A DNA stretch of 64,000 nt from Octopus sinensis (lineage: Eukaryota): the NCBI RefSeq assembly GCF_006345805.1, contig NC_042997.1, forward strand, positions 163,060,001 through 163,124,000, read 5' to 3'. Position numbers and translations under genes: made by a program. The notes under the pieces were generated by a model. It was given only the letters and a program-made list of their open reading frames with translations. It did not search any database and was not told the origin of the DNA. Shown one piece after another: positions 27,660 through 42,235 of the stretch. Numbering within the stretch: the stretch's first letter is position 1; each line of letters starts with the position of its first letter.

Positions 27660-28340
27660 GCATCATCATTTCTTGCTACCTCCACCTGCTGTAGAATGCA
27701 CACCAGCATGAGATAGTTGCCTCCTTAGTATTCGATCTTTGGCAAGAGTATTCAGAAAAATTATGTCAAGACCTGTCCATGCTACAATGTTATCTTTCAG
27801 GTTGCTAAGCTTTGTTCCTCTCTCCATTAATCATGCCTTCCAAACAGATTTTGCTGACACCACAAATAATTAGCTTAGTGGGGCCAAGCAGTTTGAATAC
27901 TTTATTTTTGATGACAGAGATGATTGATGGTAATATGGTCCAAGAGTTTGGTGTCAGTAATAAGTCCCATTACATGATCCTCAAGAACTTCCAGTATCTG
28001 TAGTGCAACAGAAGAGCAGTTGATACAGTCTAGCCCATATAAGACTAAAGAAGGAGCGTAGGTGTTGCAGATGTTTGATTTTATGTGATATGGGATCTGT
28101 TTTGAAGTAAGTGTAATTTTGTTCTTAAAGGCTCCCTGACCAAGTTCAGTTCTATGGTTCACGACTTTCATTCCATCGTGGTTTTATTTTGTTGTTTGAG
28201 AGAGTCTGTGTCCGAGGTACATGAATTCAGAGACTTGATTTACTGGTTTGATTTGTATTATAGGGTTGGGGTCTGGATTAGATTTGTTGGTTGTCATGTA
28301 TTCTGTTTTTGATACATTGATAGAAAGTCTCGCTTCTGCA
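27660..28340 (-). mobile_element. RTE-clade LINE 3' remnant
   Basis: The minus strand gives AEARLSINVSKTEYM, EFMYLG and LYGLDC, ending in an (ATG)n-like tail near 27660. Confidence 0.7.
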
Positions 28341-31300
28341 GCATGTTACCACACAGGTAACACCATCCCCATTAATGCATACCATCCTTGCTGTTGCTAA
28401 CTGCTATTCAACTAAAGAGCAACTTTCCAGCTGACTGAGGGAAAATAGATTAATGCAATCAGTTATGAAGTATAACACACTGACTATGGAAAATTTGGAC
28501 CATGTTATCAGTAAACTAACAACAAAATCTCAATGTATTTGAAGCCCAGTGTTGTAATTTCAAAATCTCCTGAACACTTAAAATGAGTAAAATCTATTCC
28601 CATACTGTCATCATTTCAATTGACATCAGGTATTTTGTCTTGAGTATTTAAAGTTTTAAAGGATTTGCTCCATTAAAACAATGACTCTCCAAAAACGTTC
28701 CATGTGTAACCACAACAACTGGATGCCTTTTCTTAGGCACACACACATACACACATATATATATATATCAATGTCACAGTCCAATATAGCATTCTCTAAC
28801 ATACAAACACACTACTTATAGCCCTTATACATACACACACACAAATATACACATGAACACTATTTAAACATGTACTTTCACATATGCATGCTCACCCATT
28901 CACACACACACAATAGGCTTTTTCATGGGTCGCTCCCCCTTTCATGTCTTTTTTTCTTCCATTTGTCAAAGGACTGTTCAAAACATCACACTGTTTCTCT
29001 TTATAAGTTGTTTTTGCCTTCTTCAAGGGTGAACCTAATGATATTACTTGTGAACATCCCATGGACTTTTGTTGTTTTTGTATTTGATTTCATCTTTTGT
29101 AATTGATTTAACATCCCATGATGGTAGAGATTAGCAGGGTCAACAAGGATCCAATGAGTCTAAAGACCTCATCACGCTCCAATGCCTGTTTTAGCAAAGT
29201 TTCAACAGCTGGATGCCTTTCTTAATGCCAATATCATATCAGTCCCTCAGAAGATGAAAAGCACTCATGACAGTGGAATGTAAAAGTGCCCATGTGGTGC
29301 CATTCAAAGGCACCTATGCAGTGCCACGTAAAAGCACCCAACACTCTGTAAAATGGTTGGCATTAGGAAAGGCATCCAGCTGTAGAAACCATGCCAAAGC
29401 AGACCAGAGTCTGATGCAGCTCTCTAGCTGGCCATCTCTGGTCAAACCATCTAACCCATGCCAGCAGGGACAATGGATTGGATAATGATGATAGTGTGTG
29501 TGTGTGTGTAACAGTTCTCCATCCTTACAAAAGTGAAAATTCTAACAGTAACACAAGAAACTAAATTCCATCTTTTGCCAGTATGCTCCACAACAACTTG
29601 GCGTACATACAAAGAAACTCCAGCTTAATGCACTTAACAGCAGAAAATATGACCAGTCAAAGAAAATCAACATTGTGGTCAAAAACAAATAGCATTAAGT
29701 AGTTTTCATTTACTCAAGAAAATAGTCATTCATAATTAGTCTTTCAATAACTTTGATTCAATGATTTATTGAAAAACTCTAATGCAGAATGAAAACTAGT
29801 TTTTAATGTACATAATTCTAGTCACACAACACACTGGGTTTCTATACTGAGTAAGTAGATATTCATGTCCATATTATTGTAAGTTGGCCGTTTTTGGTCT
29901 CCTTGGTTTCTAGTTAGGCAGGGAGGGTCTCCAATATAGCAAGAATTATTAAACATTCTAAGTCACTCAAACACACTCCAACCACCAGACCACAGATATA
30001 TTGTCCCTTCACTCTACCTTTTCTACCACTACTGCATACAGTAGTTTCTGCTCCTCAGAACTGACTGATCTAGTGCTACCTCTTCTCAAACACTCCACTA
30101 TCTCTTCATCTTCTCATTATCCATACTGTATACCATCTTATCACTATTCCAAACCCTTTCTTCCCCTAATGTCATTCCCTTGACATTCCCCCCCCCCCAC
30201 CACACATCATTTCTGCAGCTGTTAACTTTTGAGACTTTAAACCAACCATATCCAACCCAAATATTTTACCTGTTTTATGTTCAACCTGGCCAGATCCAGT
30301 CTCTCACACCTACTCTACAATATCATTCTGAAATGTAATAATCACATCATTGAAATCTTGAGATTATGAGATAATGCATGATTAATTTTTAATAATGTGG
30401 ATGAATAAACATTTACATTTGACCAAATAATCTGAATGCTAAAGGGTTAGGCATAATTTTTAGATCAGTTCAAATATATCTGAGATATATTTGACTTGCA
30501 AAAATACCATTCTCACTGTGGTTTGCCATGGAGAAAATGGCATTTCTGCTGATCAAATATGTCCCAAACATATTTGAAGTTATCATAAAGTTTGTTTATT
30601 TCACAACACAGTTTCATGTACCAACCATATATTTTGTCCCAGCCTGGTAGCTGCAGCATACAGTCAGAGAATTATTTCTACTGATTTCTTGTAAAGGAAG
30701 CCAATCCGTTCAGTCATTGCAGAGTTGTCCTCCTTGACATCTAATACTGATGAGAACAGAAAGTGCTCAAAATGCATATATTAGTCTATATATTAGGGGG
30801 AACTTTGAAATAGCTTTGGTGTTTTCCATCTTTTGCCTAAAAGGTAAGAATTTTTTTCCCTGACAAACTGCAATAAAAATTGCCTCTTTACAGATCAAAT
30901 ATGTCCCACGTGTATTTGAATTGATCTAAAAGTTTGCTTATTTCACAACACTACTTTGTGTGCCAAACATGTATTTTAAGTTGAATGCTAACAGCATCAA
31001 CCTCAGCAGACTTGGCAAGTTTTATAGAAGCCTTGAGCACAATCCCTTCCTCCAAACCAAACTTTAAAGAAAAAGAAAAATTATTTCTTGACAAATGCTT
31101 CTTCACTGTTACCATAAATTCTCCTATCGAATATCTCCAATCACCAATAAATTAGAATACCTCTGTTTAGTTCAGTTTGTTGAATTGATTGATTGTCTGC
31201 TCTGGTATCCCAGAAACAATTGAAATGAAGAAGTCCAAATACTTTATCAATGATTTTTACTAAGCAAAAGCAATAGCTTTTGGTAAGGATTTTTTTCAGT

Positions 31301-34300
31301 TTTCTTTTTTTTTTAAAGTTGTTTTAACAAGTAATATTGATACATGCTGAATGAGCTATACATTATACAAAAATGAAATGGAAATACAAAATGTAATGAA
31401 AATACATTCATACACAGGATTACATTTTCTTTCAGATATTGATCATTTTCATTTTAAAGTCTACTTCTCTATGCATTCATAAGTCAGAAAGAGTTTATTG
31501 AAGCAGATTTTCTACAGTCAGATGCCCTTCCTGTTGCTATCACTTATTTGTTTCCAAAGAAGGTAATATTTCCCCTATAGTCACCTGTGCCAGTGGCATG
31601 TAAAAAGCACCTAGCACACTTAAGTGGTTAGTGTTAGGAAGGGCATCCAGCCATAGAAACCACACCACAAACAGTTGGAGTCTGGCCATGTCAGACTGTC
31701 CAATCGATGCCAGGATGGAAAGCAGACTTTAAACAATGATAATACATAATTTTTATCATGATTTTTATCAATAATTTAGCAGATCTGATTCCTTCATGAT
31801 AGAGCAGCTTAGCTGTCCTTCCCCCTTGAAAATGCTACTAAGAGCAGTCAAATTTCATTCAAGTCATACTAGATAAAGAAAATACACATAGACACTGTAG
31901 TTTTACAAACCAGTAAAAAGACAAGATTGTTATGCCTGGGATGCCTGTACTTGATCAGAGTAAGATGGAGCTAAACAACAGTAGCAATCACACCCAGTGG
32001 ATTTTACTTAGGTAAGATTCAGAAGGACTAATAGTATGATATTTATATAATGAGATCATATTTAATACATGAATTTTCCTCTCTCTACCTTTTCTTCTAT
32101 TACAATAATTGCCTTTGCTTTTCAGAACTGGCTGAGCTCATGCCACCTCTATTCAATTACTCCCATCTTGTCTCATCTTTCCTCCTACCATCATCTTTGT
32201 TGTGTCCAGCCTCCTCTCCCTAGGCCCCACACTAATTACTTTACTATGTCCAGTTTTCCCTTACCCAAACATCAGCTCTCTGCAATTGCCTCCCTGTTTG
32301 TTCTTTTCCCACATGTGCTGACTTATAAAGGACCAAAGAAACATTAATGGCCTCAATTCCACACATCTTTGAGGTCCTTCCTCTAAACCCAGCAAGTAAT
32401 AAAAAAAAAAAAAAATAAATAAATAAATAAATCAGTTACTGGTTCCACACCAGTAACTCACAAATGTTTCATAAGTTAAAAACAAGTATTCTAACAGGTG
32501 ATCCAATAGACAATTGTTACAGGTGTGCATGGTTGATGATATTCAACATGTCAAAACAGCCAACAATCACACAATTTCTGGGCTTTCTGCTCGTTATGAG
32601 TCATTCCTCACTTAACTGCTTTTTTTTTATATACTAAAACAATATTATTTCATGCACCAGTGAGATAGAATTATGAGGTTTATTAACTGCAGGAGGTAAG
32701 GTGAGAATTGTGAGGCTCATGGACAAGTTTTTAAGAATAACCTAGAACATATAAGTAATAACTGGTAATTAAACCACAGTTCCAAACTTAATTCGCCAAG
32801 AGCTATACATTGGAGCACTGTATACTCCATCTTTATACAACTTATGAACCTACAATACGTTTCTCATATACTGTAACTAATCTTAACTCTTCCAGATTTA
32901 CATTTTTAAGGATAAACCTATAATACTAAGGTGCACGGGTGTAACAGCTAAAACCATTTGTACAAGTGTGCCATGAAATATTGTTATTTATCATAAGAAA
33001 ATGTAAACTGGCTCATCTTAGCAGCAAAATAACAAGCTTAAGCCCTGTCAAAAGCTATCAGATTTTTCCTCCTCCTCACAGCAAACTAACTTATTCCACT
33101 GTGTGATCATTTGCCATTAGACTATCTGATAAATGGCAGAGGGAAAGGCAAGTTCACTTGGACTCAGCTGAGCAAGCTTAAAGCAGTTAAAAAAAGAAAG
33201 GGTATTGCTGATACTACAACAAAGCATATGATACATGGACATATAATAAGAATGGCTGAAGTAATGCTATCAGTTGACATTAACTGCTAAATAGTAATCC
33301 CGAGAAAATTTGCTATAAAGCAATTTCACAAATGTAATAGATTAGAATCAAATTAAGTAAAGAATTGAGAAAATATTGGACAAACTGAAGTGTAATAATT
33401 CAGCTAAGATAGATTGCAAACAGAAAAGGGAATGTAAAACCAATATGAAAGAGTTAAAGTAATTACATGAATATACGAGAAGTTAACTGAAACAAGCATT
33501 TAACTTTCAACCATCTTGAAAATTGCCTTCATTTCATTTCCAGAACACTACATTGTCCCTTCTTGCATGCTGCAAACTATATTTCCTTTTACTGTTTTAT
33601 ATAATCTACAATTCTTTTCCCTGTTGTGTGCAATAAAGTAATGAATAAAACTTATAAAAAGCATTATGTTACTATAAGAAACAAACAATACTGCCTTAGA
33701 ATTCCACAAACTAAATAAATGCCAATGCTGGCAAAAAGGTCTCCGTTATTTAATTGATGCAGAGAAAAGAAAAGAAAGCTGTAACAAATCAAATTCAAAT
33801 ATCTGAGAATATTATTACCAAACATTCACAACAATTAAGGAGTGTTATATAAATCCTATTTGTATAGTAAAACAAGTATTTATCTCAAAGTTTTTACAAT
33901 ATATTGTAATCTTCAATTCATGATCCCATTTTCTATAGTAGTGTGTGTATATGTTTGTATTTTCTTTCTCGACAAATGTAAATGTCAAAAAATTCCATCT
34001 CCAATAGTAGATAATGCATGACTTTGAAGCTTAGTCGCAAGTGCAAAAATAATCAACAACAAATTTTAATGGTAACTCAATACATAATAAGCAAAGGCAA
34101 CAAACTGATGTTCATCCAAGATATGAAAACAACCAAGCTGTGATGTATGTAAAAGCATAATACATTTTCAGAAGTATCAAAACAAAAACAACTCCAACTT
34201 GAATGGAAATTAGGGCAGCACAAAGTAGATCACTGCATATTTTAAGAAGCTTACTGTTGAGGCATAGATAACTACTAATGATCATCAAAATGAAGAATCT

Positions 34301-34359
34301 ACAGGAATTTTAAAGATGAATGTAACTAGATACATTTTTTTTTAATAAAGGTACTTGAG

Positions 34360-34660
34360 CACTAAGTGATGTACTATTAGCACAGCTAATAGAAAGGACT
34401 AGATGTTGTACTAGTGGTACAGCTAGTAGAGAAAATTAGATGCTGTGCTAGTGACACAACTAGTTGAGAAGACAATCAAGTATTAGAGTACAGGACTAGA
34501 TGCTGTGCTAGTAACTCAGTGAATAGAGGGGACTAAATGCTGTATTAGCAGCACAGCTACTACAGCAGATTAGATGGCATACTCATAGTGTACTAATTGC
34601 ACAGCTAGTGGAATGGACTATATGAAATACAAGTGGTACAACTAGTAGTGAGGATTAAAT
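34360..34660. repeat. Degenerate 37-bp minisatellite, about 7-8 units
   Basis: Approximate consensus GGACTAGATGCTGTRCTAGTGGCACAGCTAGTAGAGA. Units start at 34396, 34433, 34493, 34530, 34567, 34615 and 34652. Confidence 0.85.
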
Positions 34661-36305
34661 ACTCTACAATACCTAATTTTTAGCCTCATGTTGCTAAGAT
34701 CAAACACCAAGGTAGATTATGCCATTAATCTATGGAATGTAAATAAATTCAAGTATAATGCTAAACTAATACAAATGACTATGACATTAGATGTACAGGT
34801 AACAACTCAATGTGAGCTGAGGGAATTGGGAATTAAAGGTAGCAACTAATGCGGGAGATAAACCTATGTCGGTATGGATATGTAATGGGAATTGACAGTG
34901 AGTGCTGCATCCTGACAGTGGAAGTTTTTTCATAGAAGAGAAAATAGTGAAATTAGATTTGAAGAATTTTTGCCTCACAGACAAGATAAAATACTGCATA
35001 CCCTTCTGATCCATTCCAACATGAGGCAGGGGGGGGGGAATAAAAGACAGCCATCAAAGCAAAGCAGCCTTGACAGAAGTAGGAGGTATACAAGGATTAG
35101 TGGCCTAGTAAAACAAAATATCAGTGTAAAGACAGCTTAGCACAACAGCTACTGATGTAAATAAACACAATTAGTAATAGCATGGAAAGAACGGTAAGCC
35201 CACTGCAGCAGATGACGTAAGCTTTAAAAAAAAAAAAAGGAAAACAAAAACGAAAGATCAGTTTTCGAATTGTAAGCTATTACTTAGAATAGTTAGACAA
35301 GTTGTTTTTTTTAAATAGTAGAATCCTAAAGCAGAGAATAGGTGTAGTTCTTGACAAAAATGTATCTAGATCTAGTTCAAATGGCCTAGATTCTGCAACA
35401 ACTTTAATAAATATTCATAGCTAGTGAAATATTTGTTTGCAAGCAGGACTAAAAAATAACAACAAGCCTAGTAAGTTGGCCATCAGCATTCTATAGCTTT
35501 TAACTTAAGACAGAAATAAACTGCAACAGACACAGGAATAAACATATAACAATTATTATAATAATCATCTTCATATGACTATGTGTATATATATATATAT
35601 ATGTGTGTGTACACATACACAGAGAACATCTGTATCTGCTTTTCATAATAAAATATTTCTTAACACCAGGGAAAGTCTTTTGCTTTCTGAATAAAATGAA
35701 TGCACATTAGCAAGAAAAAAATCCAAAGGATAATCAACTATAAACAAATTAATTAACTATTACATATAGTGAGTAGTCTATTTTTTTTCAATCCCATTCA
35801 TACATTCAAGTATATTATTATATATATGTTATAAAAATCTGAAATGTAAAATGGTTGAGTGAGAAGCTGATAAACCTTTCTCATAAAAAAACTGATATGT
35901 TATTATCATTAACTAGAATAACTGGTAACATTGCTAGGGTGAATCACAATTGGCAATAACAGAAGTAAATTGCTGCAGCTTGTAATAATATTACTAACAA
36001 ACAACAAAATTAAATTCTAATGATGTAATTACACTCTAGAAAACAGGGAAAGTAATTTCCCCTACATTATTTTTGACTGGTCATGAACTGGTATTGTACA
36101 ATAAAAGCTATTAAAATAGCCATCTACATATCATATTCAATGTATACACATTACTGACAGTATTTGTCCTGACATAATATCTCTTATGGATTTGTGTTAA
36201 AAATACAATAAATATCAGAGAGACAAAAATTTAACCCAGTAACATTCAGTGTGAGCACTAGACACATTTGAGCCGTTTGGAGCCTCTTCAATGGAATATA
36301 CTCAC

Positions 36306-36340
36306 AGCCAATCACTTGCATGGATGAGAATTCGTTGTCT
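36306..36340 (-). other. Candidate 35-nt internal exon (coding status unclear)
   Basis: Reads atttttttcactttttctgtatcag|AGACAACG...TTGGCT|gtgagt: a strong pyrimidine tract and a consensus donor. Confidence 0.4.
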
Positions 36341-37687
36341 CTGATACAGAAAAAGTGAAAAAAATTATTCACTGATACTGTGAATAGCTACAGAGCTTAT
36401 TAAAAATCTGATATATACAATCAAAACATATTTACTTAATTAAAACAGCCATCTAAGTACCATCTTTTCTTTATTTATTTTCTTTGGGGTTTATTCTTAC
36501 TTGTGGTAGCTTAAATTCAATTGAAATGGACAACAAATCAGTGCAGAAAAAATAGAAAAACATTAAAAAAAGTTTTAAAAATGAAATAACTTTTTCGTTT
36601 TCATTGTACCTCCCAAGAAGAAAAAAACAATGTTCTTCACCCCCTGTGGCATCAACAAAAAGATAAAATAGATGGAGATAAAAGGAAAGACAGTGTTGTA
36701 AACAGAAATCAACATCAGAGAAAATAACAAAATATTAATAAAATTAACAAAACAACTGGAAAAACTCCAAGGGATATTACATTCAATTTTTTAATATTTT
36801 GACAAGAACATTGTTCAGATAAGATTGTCCCACAATGCATTTGGTTTTTACAGGAGCACAGATGATTTCATCTTCAAGCAATGTATCTAGGGAAGTTAAG
36901 TTAGCATACCACATGCTTCTTCAAGTCAGGTTATATAACAAAAGTATTTACAAATTTTATATTTTTAAGGAGATTTAAAAAAAAAATAGTTTAAAGATTG
37001 AATGGAATATTAAAGACGTCTATAAACCGAGTGTTCGTAAAAGCTTAAAGCAGAAAGTTGATACACCTAACAATTTTCACGTACATACATATTCACACAC
37101 TACAACTACCCAATATTTCCAAAAGACTTAATAAGCCATATTTTCTGCCACCATTGTTGGGTCCTTGTTTGTTTTGGTATTCATGAAGTATAAGCATCTC
37201 CTTATTTTTACTCATTCCTTTCTAATTCTATTTCAGTATTGTCGTTCGGATATGTTGTATCAATCATTGCGAGCTCCTGTCAACAGCAATTTCATTCTCT
37301 TTGATATATTGCAGATTGGTCTGCCTCCACTTCTCCTTCTTTGGTGCCAAGCAACACAAGGAAAACATGTAGTACTTCCTATGTAGCATATATTTTTGTG
37401 TTGTCATGGTAACTGAATAGCAACACGGACAAACATTTCTGCTTTATATATAAATAGTGAAACCAAAACAATATTCTCTTTAGTTTCAGTGTGTTTGATG
37501 AAGGGGACAAACAGAACACAAAAAGCAAATAAAAAAAAAATGAATAGAAATGTCAAGGGAATTGACATGTAAAGATTGAGAGAAGTAAATTTACATAAAA
37601 GAGAGAAACATTGTACACCATTTTACAATTACCTTGATGATAACTAAACATTATACAAGCATAATAAATATATGTATACGTGTGTGT

Positions 37688-37735
<48 letters not shown>

Positions 37736-38480
37736 GAACGCCTGCATCTGCTTTTTGTAATAAAATATTTCCTATCACCAAGGAAACCCTGGCTGCCTGA
37801 ATGGATGCCACACAAATAGGAAAAATTTTGAATGAATAATGGAACAAATTGTCTCTATTACATGTATTGAGCACATTTTTCATTTCATCCATATACCCAA
37901 ACATACACATATGTATCATCATCATCATTTAACGTCTGTTTTCCATGCTAGCATGGGTTGGACAGTTCGACCTGGGTCTGGGAAGCCAGGAGGCTGCACC
38001 AGGCTCCAGTCTGATCTGGCAGTGTTTCTACGACTGGATGCCCTTCCTAACGCCAGTCACTCTATGAGTGTAGTGGGTGCTTTTTACATGCCACCGGCAC
38101 AGGGGCCAGGGGAGGCTGGCAAACGGCTACGATCAGTTGGTACTTTTTACGTGTTACCGACACAGACTCCAGTCAGGCGGCGCTGGCATCAGCTACGTTC
38201 GGATGGTGCTTTTTACATGTCGAAACATAGAGTGGGTTGAGTGAGGAGCTAACAAGCTCTTCTGATAGAAAAACCTACTACTGAGTTGGGGCTGTTCAAG
38301 GACAAACAATATTCTGCATAGTACAGAAATAAAGAACAGAGATGGATAGACAAACAGACAGATACACATATAACTAATTAATTAATTAATTAATTGATGA
38401 TGAAGTTGCAACTGGTCAAAGAATACGATTGAATATTTTAAAGAGTGAACAAAGAAGGCACAATGAAAAATAAATATGAT

Positions 38481-39688
38481 CAGGTCATCCCATAAGTTCT
38501 GTCCGATTTTACCTTTTTTACAATTGAATGAAATTTAATAGTATTTTAGAATGTCTAATAGAATTAAAAATTATTTTTATGAATTTTTTATGCATTTGTG
38601 TACATTTAAACTAATTAAATATTATTTTACAGAATAGAATTAAAATTTCTTTGATTAAAACCCTTTCCAACCTGGAAATATCCAAAGAGCATTTGAGGCA
38701 CATAATGTTTTATGAGTACAAAAAAGGAAACTCTACAGCCAAAGCGACTTGAAACATACACTTAGTTTATGGGAAAGAATGCTTGAATGAAAGAACTTGC
38801 AGAAGATAGTTTTCAAAATTCAGAAGTGAAGATTTCAGCTTTGAAGATGAAGACCGAACAGGATGTCCAGTTGAGTTTGATGATAAGCTCCTTGAGGCAT
38901 TACTTGAAGAAAATCCTGCATTATCAGTTGAAGAATTGGTAATAAAGCTTATTGTCATCTTCAACAACTTGGAAAGGTTCCAAAACTTGGAAAATGGGTG
39001 CCTCATGAATTGTCTGAAAGCAACCGCAAATCCTGAGTTGACATCTGCTCTTCTCTCCATTCTCGCGAACTCATTTCACCCTTTTTAGATAGACTTGTGA
39101 CTGGTGACAAAAAAATGGAACTTCTATCGACATGTTAAACATTGTAAACAGTGGCTTGGTAAAAGGGAAAAAGCTCAACCATAACCGCGAAGGGAAATTC
39201 ATGGGAAAAAGGTTCTCTCTATCTGGTGGAATTGCAAAGGAATAATTCACTTTGAATCAAGCTTTGAAGAAAAAAAAGACCTGCTTTAGTGAATCGAAAA
39301 GGAGTGATGTTTCATCAGGACAACGTGCAACCCCACACTGCAAAGATCACATCACAGAAGATCGAAGAGCTTGGTTGGGAAAAAATTCCTCATCTACCTT
39401 ATTCTCCTGACCTTGCTCCTTCAGACTACCATTTGTTTCATAGTTTACAGAATCATTTGGGGGACATAACTTTTGCAAGCCAGGAGGAGGTCAAAACTGA
39501 CATTTCAGAGTTCTTGGCTTTGAAACCAAAAGAGTTTTACATTGATGGGATTAAAAAGCTTGTAAATAGATGGAATGAAGTTATAGATAATCAGGGAAAG
39601 TACATTGATGATTAAATTTCAATTAAATATAACATTTGATCACTTGTTTTCTTTATTCAAAATTCAGACAGAACTTATGTGATAGCTA
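38481..39688 (+). mobile_element. Mariner (D,D34D-type) DNA transposon, near full length, transposase pseudogenised
   Basis: Degenerate TIRs aggtcatcccataagttctgtccgatttt / aaaattcagacagaacttatgtgatagct. Fragments translate to HLRHIMFYEY, WVPHEL, LVTGD, FHQDN and YSPDLAPSDYHLF, with stops, frameshifts and an internal deletion. Confidence 0.93.
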
Positions 39689-41960
39689 GGACCTAGCTGT
39701 TGCTTTTTGTTCCTTCCTGTTGTCCTTGGTTCAGAATAAACACATTTTCATTGAGGCATGTATATCAGTACATATATAAAAGGATTACCTTAAATGCATA
39801 ACATTATAAGCAATTAACTAGGATATAACTTCGATCAAAGCACAGACATTTCTTTCTCATTAAATCCAAGTCATCAACCCAAGTAATTAGACATGTTAAT
39901 ATTTATTCAAAACAGAGTAAACACACACACACACACACACACACACGAGTGATAGTTATTACTTAGAGCTTATCGATAAATATTTAATCAGCAAACAACT
40001 GGCTTGGTCGTTAACTGTAAAATAAAATTTATCAATAGATGTTGACCAAAATATCTCATCCATCATTTCCGAGTTCCCAAGTCCAGCTAAAATGTTTTTA
40101 CACTCATCAATCTATTTCGGGCCCTCCCCTGCCACGTTTCCTTCCCAAAACACAACAGTAAACAGCAGTCTAGAACTTTACTTTTGCAGTACTGACTTTC
40201 ATTTTGAATTATTTGCATGGGAGAAGAGTTGCACACACACGCACGCGCACACACACACATACACAAAGCAAACTTTTAGCAACATACTGATAATTCCACT
40301 GTGAAAAAGTTCAAATCAGTACAAAGACACAAAAATATTTCCTTTGTATTTCCTACTTTCATCTCTGCACCAAGAATGGTAGGAGAGATTCAACAACGAT
40401 TAACCCTCAACCTATTCTTCACTGATTCGCAAATTAAATGACTATATCCATTCTAAGATCTACTCCAAGATCAGGGGATATATTACAAAATTATCAGAAT
40501 GTTTTTGTTTTCTTGTTTAAACCACATCTCTATTTTAAGAAATTTCAACTAACATCCATTAAAACAAGAAACAATTGCAGACAGAATACTCAATGACTAT
40601 GTTCAAACTGCAGTAAACAGTAGCTATCAAATATAGAGAGTTATAGATCAGTAATATTCACAGCAGTTTTTCCATCACATACAATTTTGTAGTCTCATTT
40701 ACAATATGTCATTACCATCATAACCATTATCATCACTGCTACCATTATCATTTATAGGCTTTAGTTCCACTTCTTGCATGCTTGTGCTGGCTTCAATTAG
40801 AGAATCCATTTAACATAAAAATATTTTAACTGAGAAACAAGGTTACTCTAGTATTAAAGTAACAAGCCAAAGAATTGTGAATCAATGAAAGATAATCAAA
40901 ATGGTCTACAGAGAACAAACAACAGACCAGACTAGGATGATACAGCAGTTATTTTATAGTGCATTAAAGACTAAAGACAATTTACTGGTACAATATACAA
41001 TTCTTAAATTGATTATGACATTCAAACTGAATTCTTTTATTAACACTTGCAGTAATTTAGAGATATGAGACTATAATGGCTGGATAAATCATCAATATGG
41101 CTAACAATTTTCTGTCCATTTTCCCAGTCCATCATAGAATGGACAAAAGGAATTTATGGAAGGAGATAGATTTACTGGACAAAGTACTGGATGGAAGGAA
41201 AGACAAAGGAATATCTGGAAGGAGTGATGTATACAGAGGCAAAGGAAGGGATGGTGGGAGAGATAGAGAAAGAGAGGGGTAAAGGAATGGATGGAAGAAA
41301 AGAGATATACAAGGACTAACAGACAAGATCTATGCTTTGGCTTCCCTGTAGCTGTCTTTAACTTTGGTCAATACTCCAACAAGAGCTTCAACATGGTCGC
41401 TCAATGGGCTAGAAATAACAGCCAAATCTCCCTTAAACCATACCCCACCATATCACATAAAGAAAGGATACATTACACAATGTATTTCTGGGCAAGATGG
41501 CCAAGGCTGGTTTGTTTAATCAAAGTTGGCCTAAAGTTAACAATTCATAAATGCAGATGCTATTTTTTTTTCTCTAACACCGAGTTATCCCAACTGCTGT
41601 CAATTCCTATTAGAGTTTAGCTTCCTTTTTCAGTTCATTTTTTCCATAATCTTTGTGTTTCAAAATTACATCATGCTTACTATCTGCTAATATATGTAGT
41701 TTATCTTATCTGAAAACATTTGATCATTATTGCTCAATATGTGCTTATTTAGCTGCAAAATAACTCAGTTATCAAGCAAAATAACTCAGTTATCAAGTTA
41801 TCAGTTATCAAGCATTTTTTTTTCTGTGGTAGGTTATTCATACAGAGTTCAATTTCACGTCTTATTTTTTGTTTTTGAAAAAAAAAAATGAAAGAGAAAC
41901 ACTGTTATCCACAGAGGACAATTCTGCTAAATCTTTCGAATTGTTCAACACTATATAGTA

Positions 41961-42163
41961 TACTCTTTACTCTTTTACTTGTTTCAGTCATTTAACTGCG
42001 GCCATGCTGGAACACCGCCTTTAGTCGAGCAAATCGACCCCGGGACTTATTCTTTGTAAGCCCAGTACTTATTCTATCGGTCTCTTTTTGCCGAACCGCT
42101 AAGTGACGGGGACATAAACACACCAGCATCGGTTGTCAAGCAATGCTAGGGGGACAAACACAG

Positions 42164-42235
<72 letters not shown>

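Noticed and set aside
33108-33142. Imperfect hairpin TTTGCCATT...AATGGCAGA, and seed-like matches to conserved miRNAs elsewhere
   Set aside because: The stem is too short. I found no full-length match to any conserved miRNA I know.
34360-34660. CRISPR array or Ser/Thr-rich coding repeat
   Set aside because: There are no unique spacers, no cas genes and the context is eukaryotic. The 37-bp period breaks the reading frame.
39289-39615. 108-aa ORF as a functional SETMAR-like gene
   Set aside because: It is the C-terminal fragment of a mariner copy with upstream stops and frameshifts.
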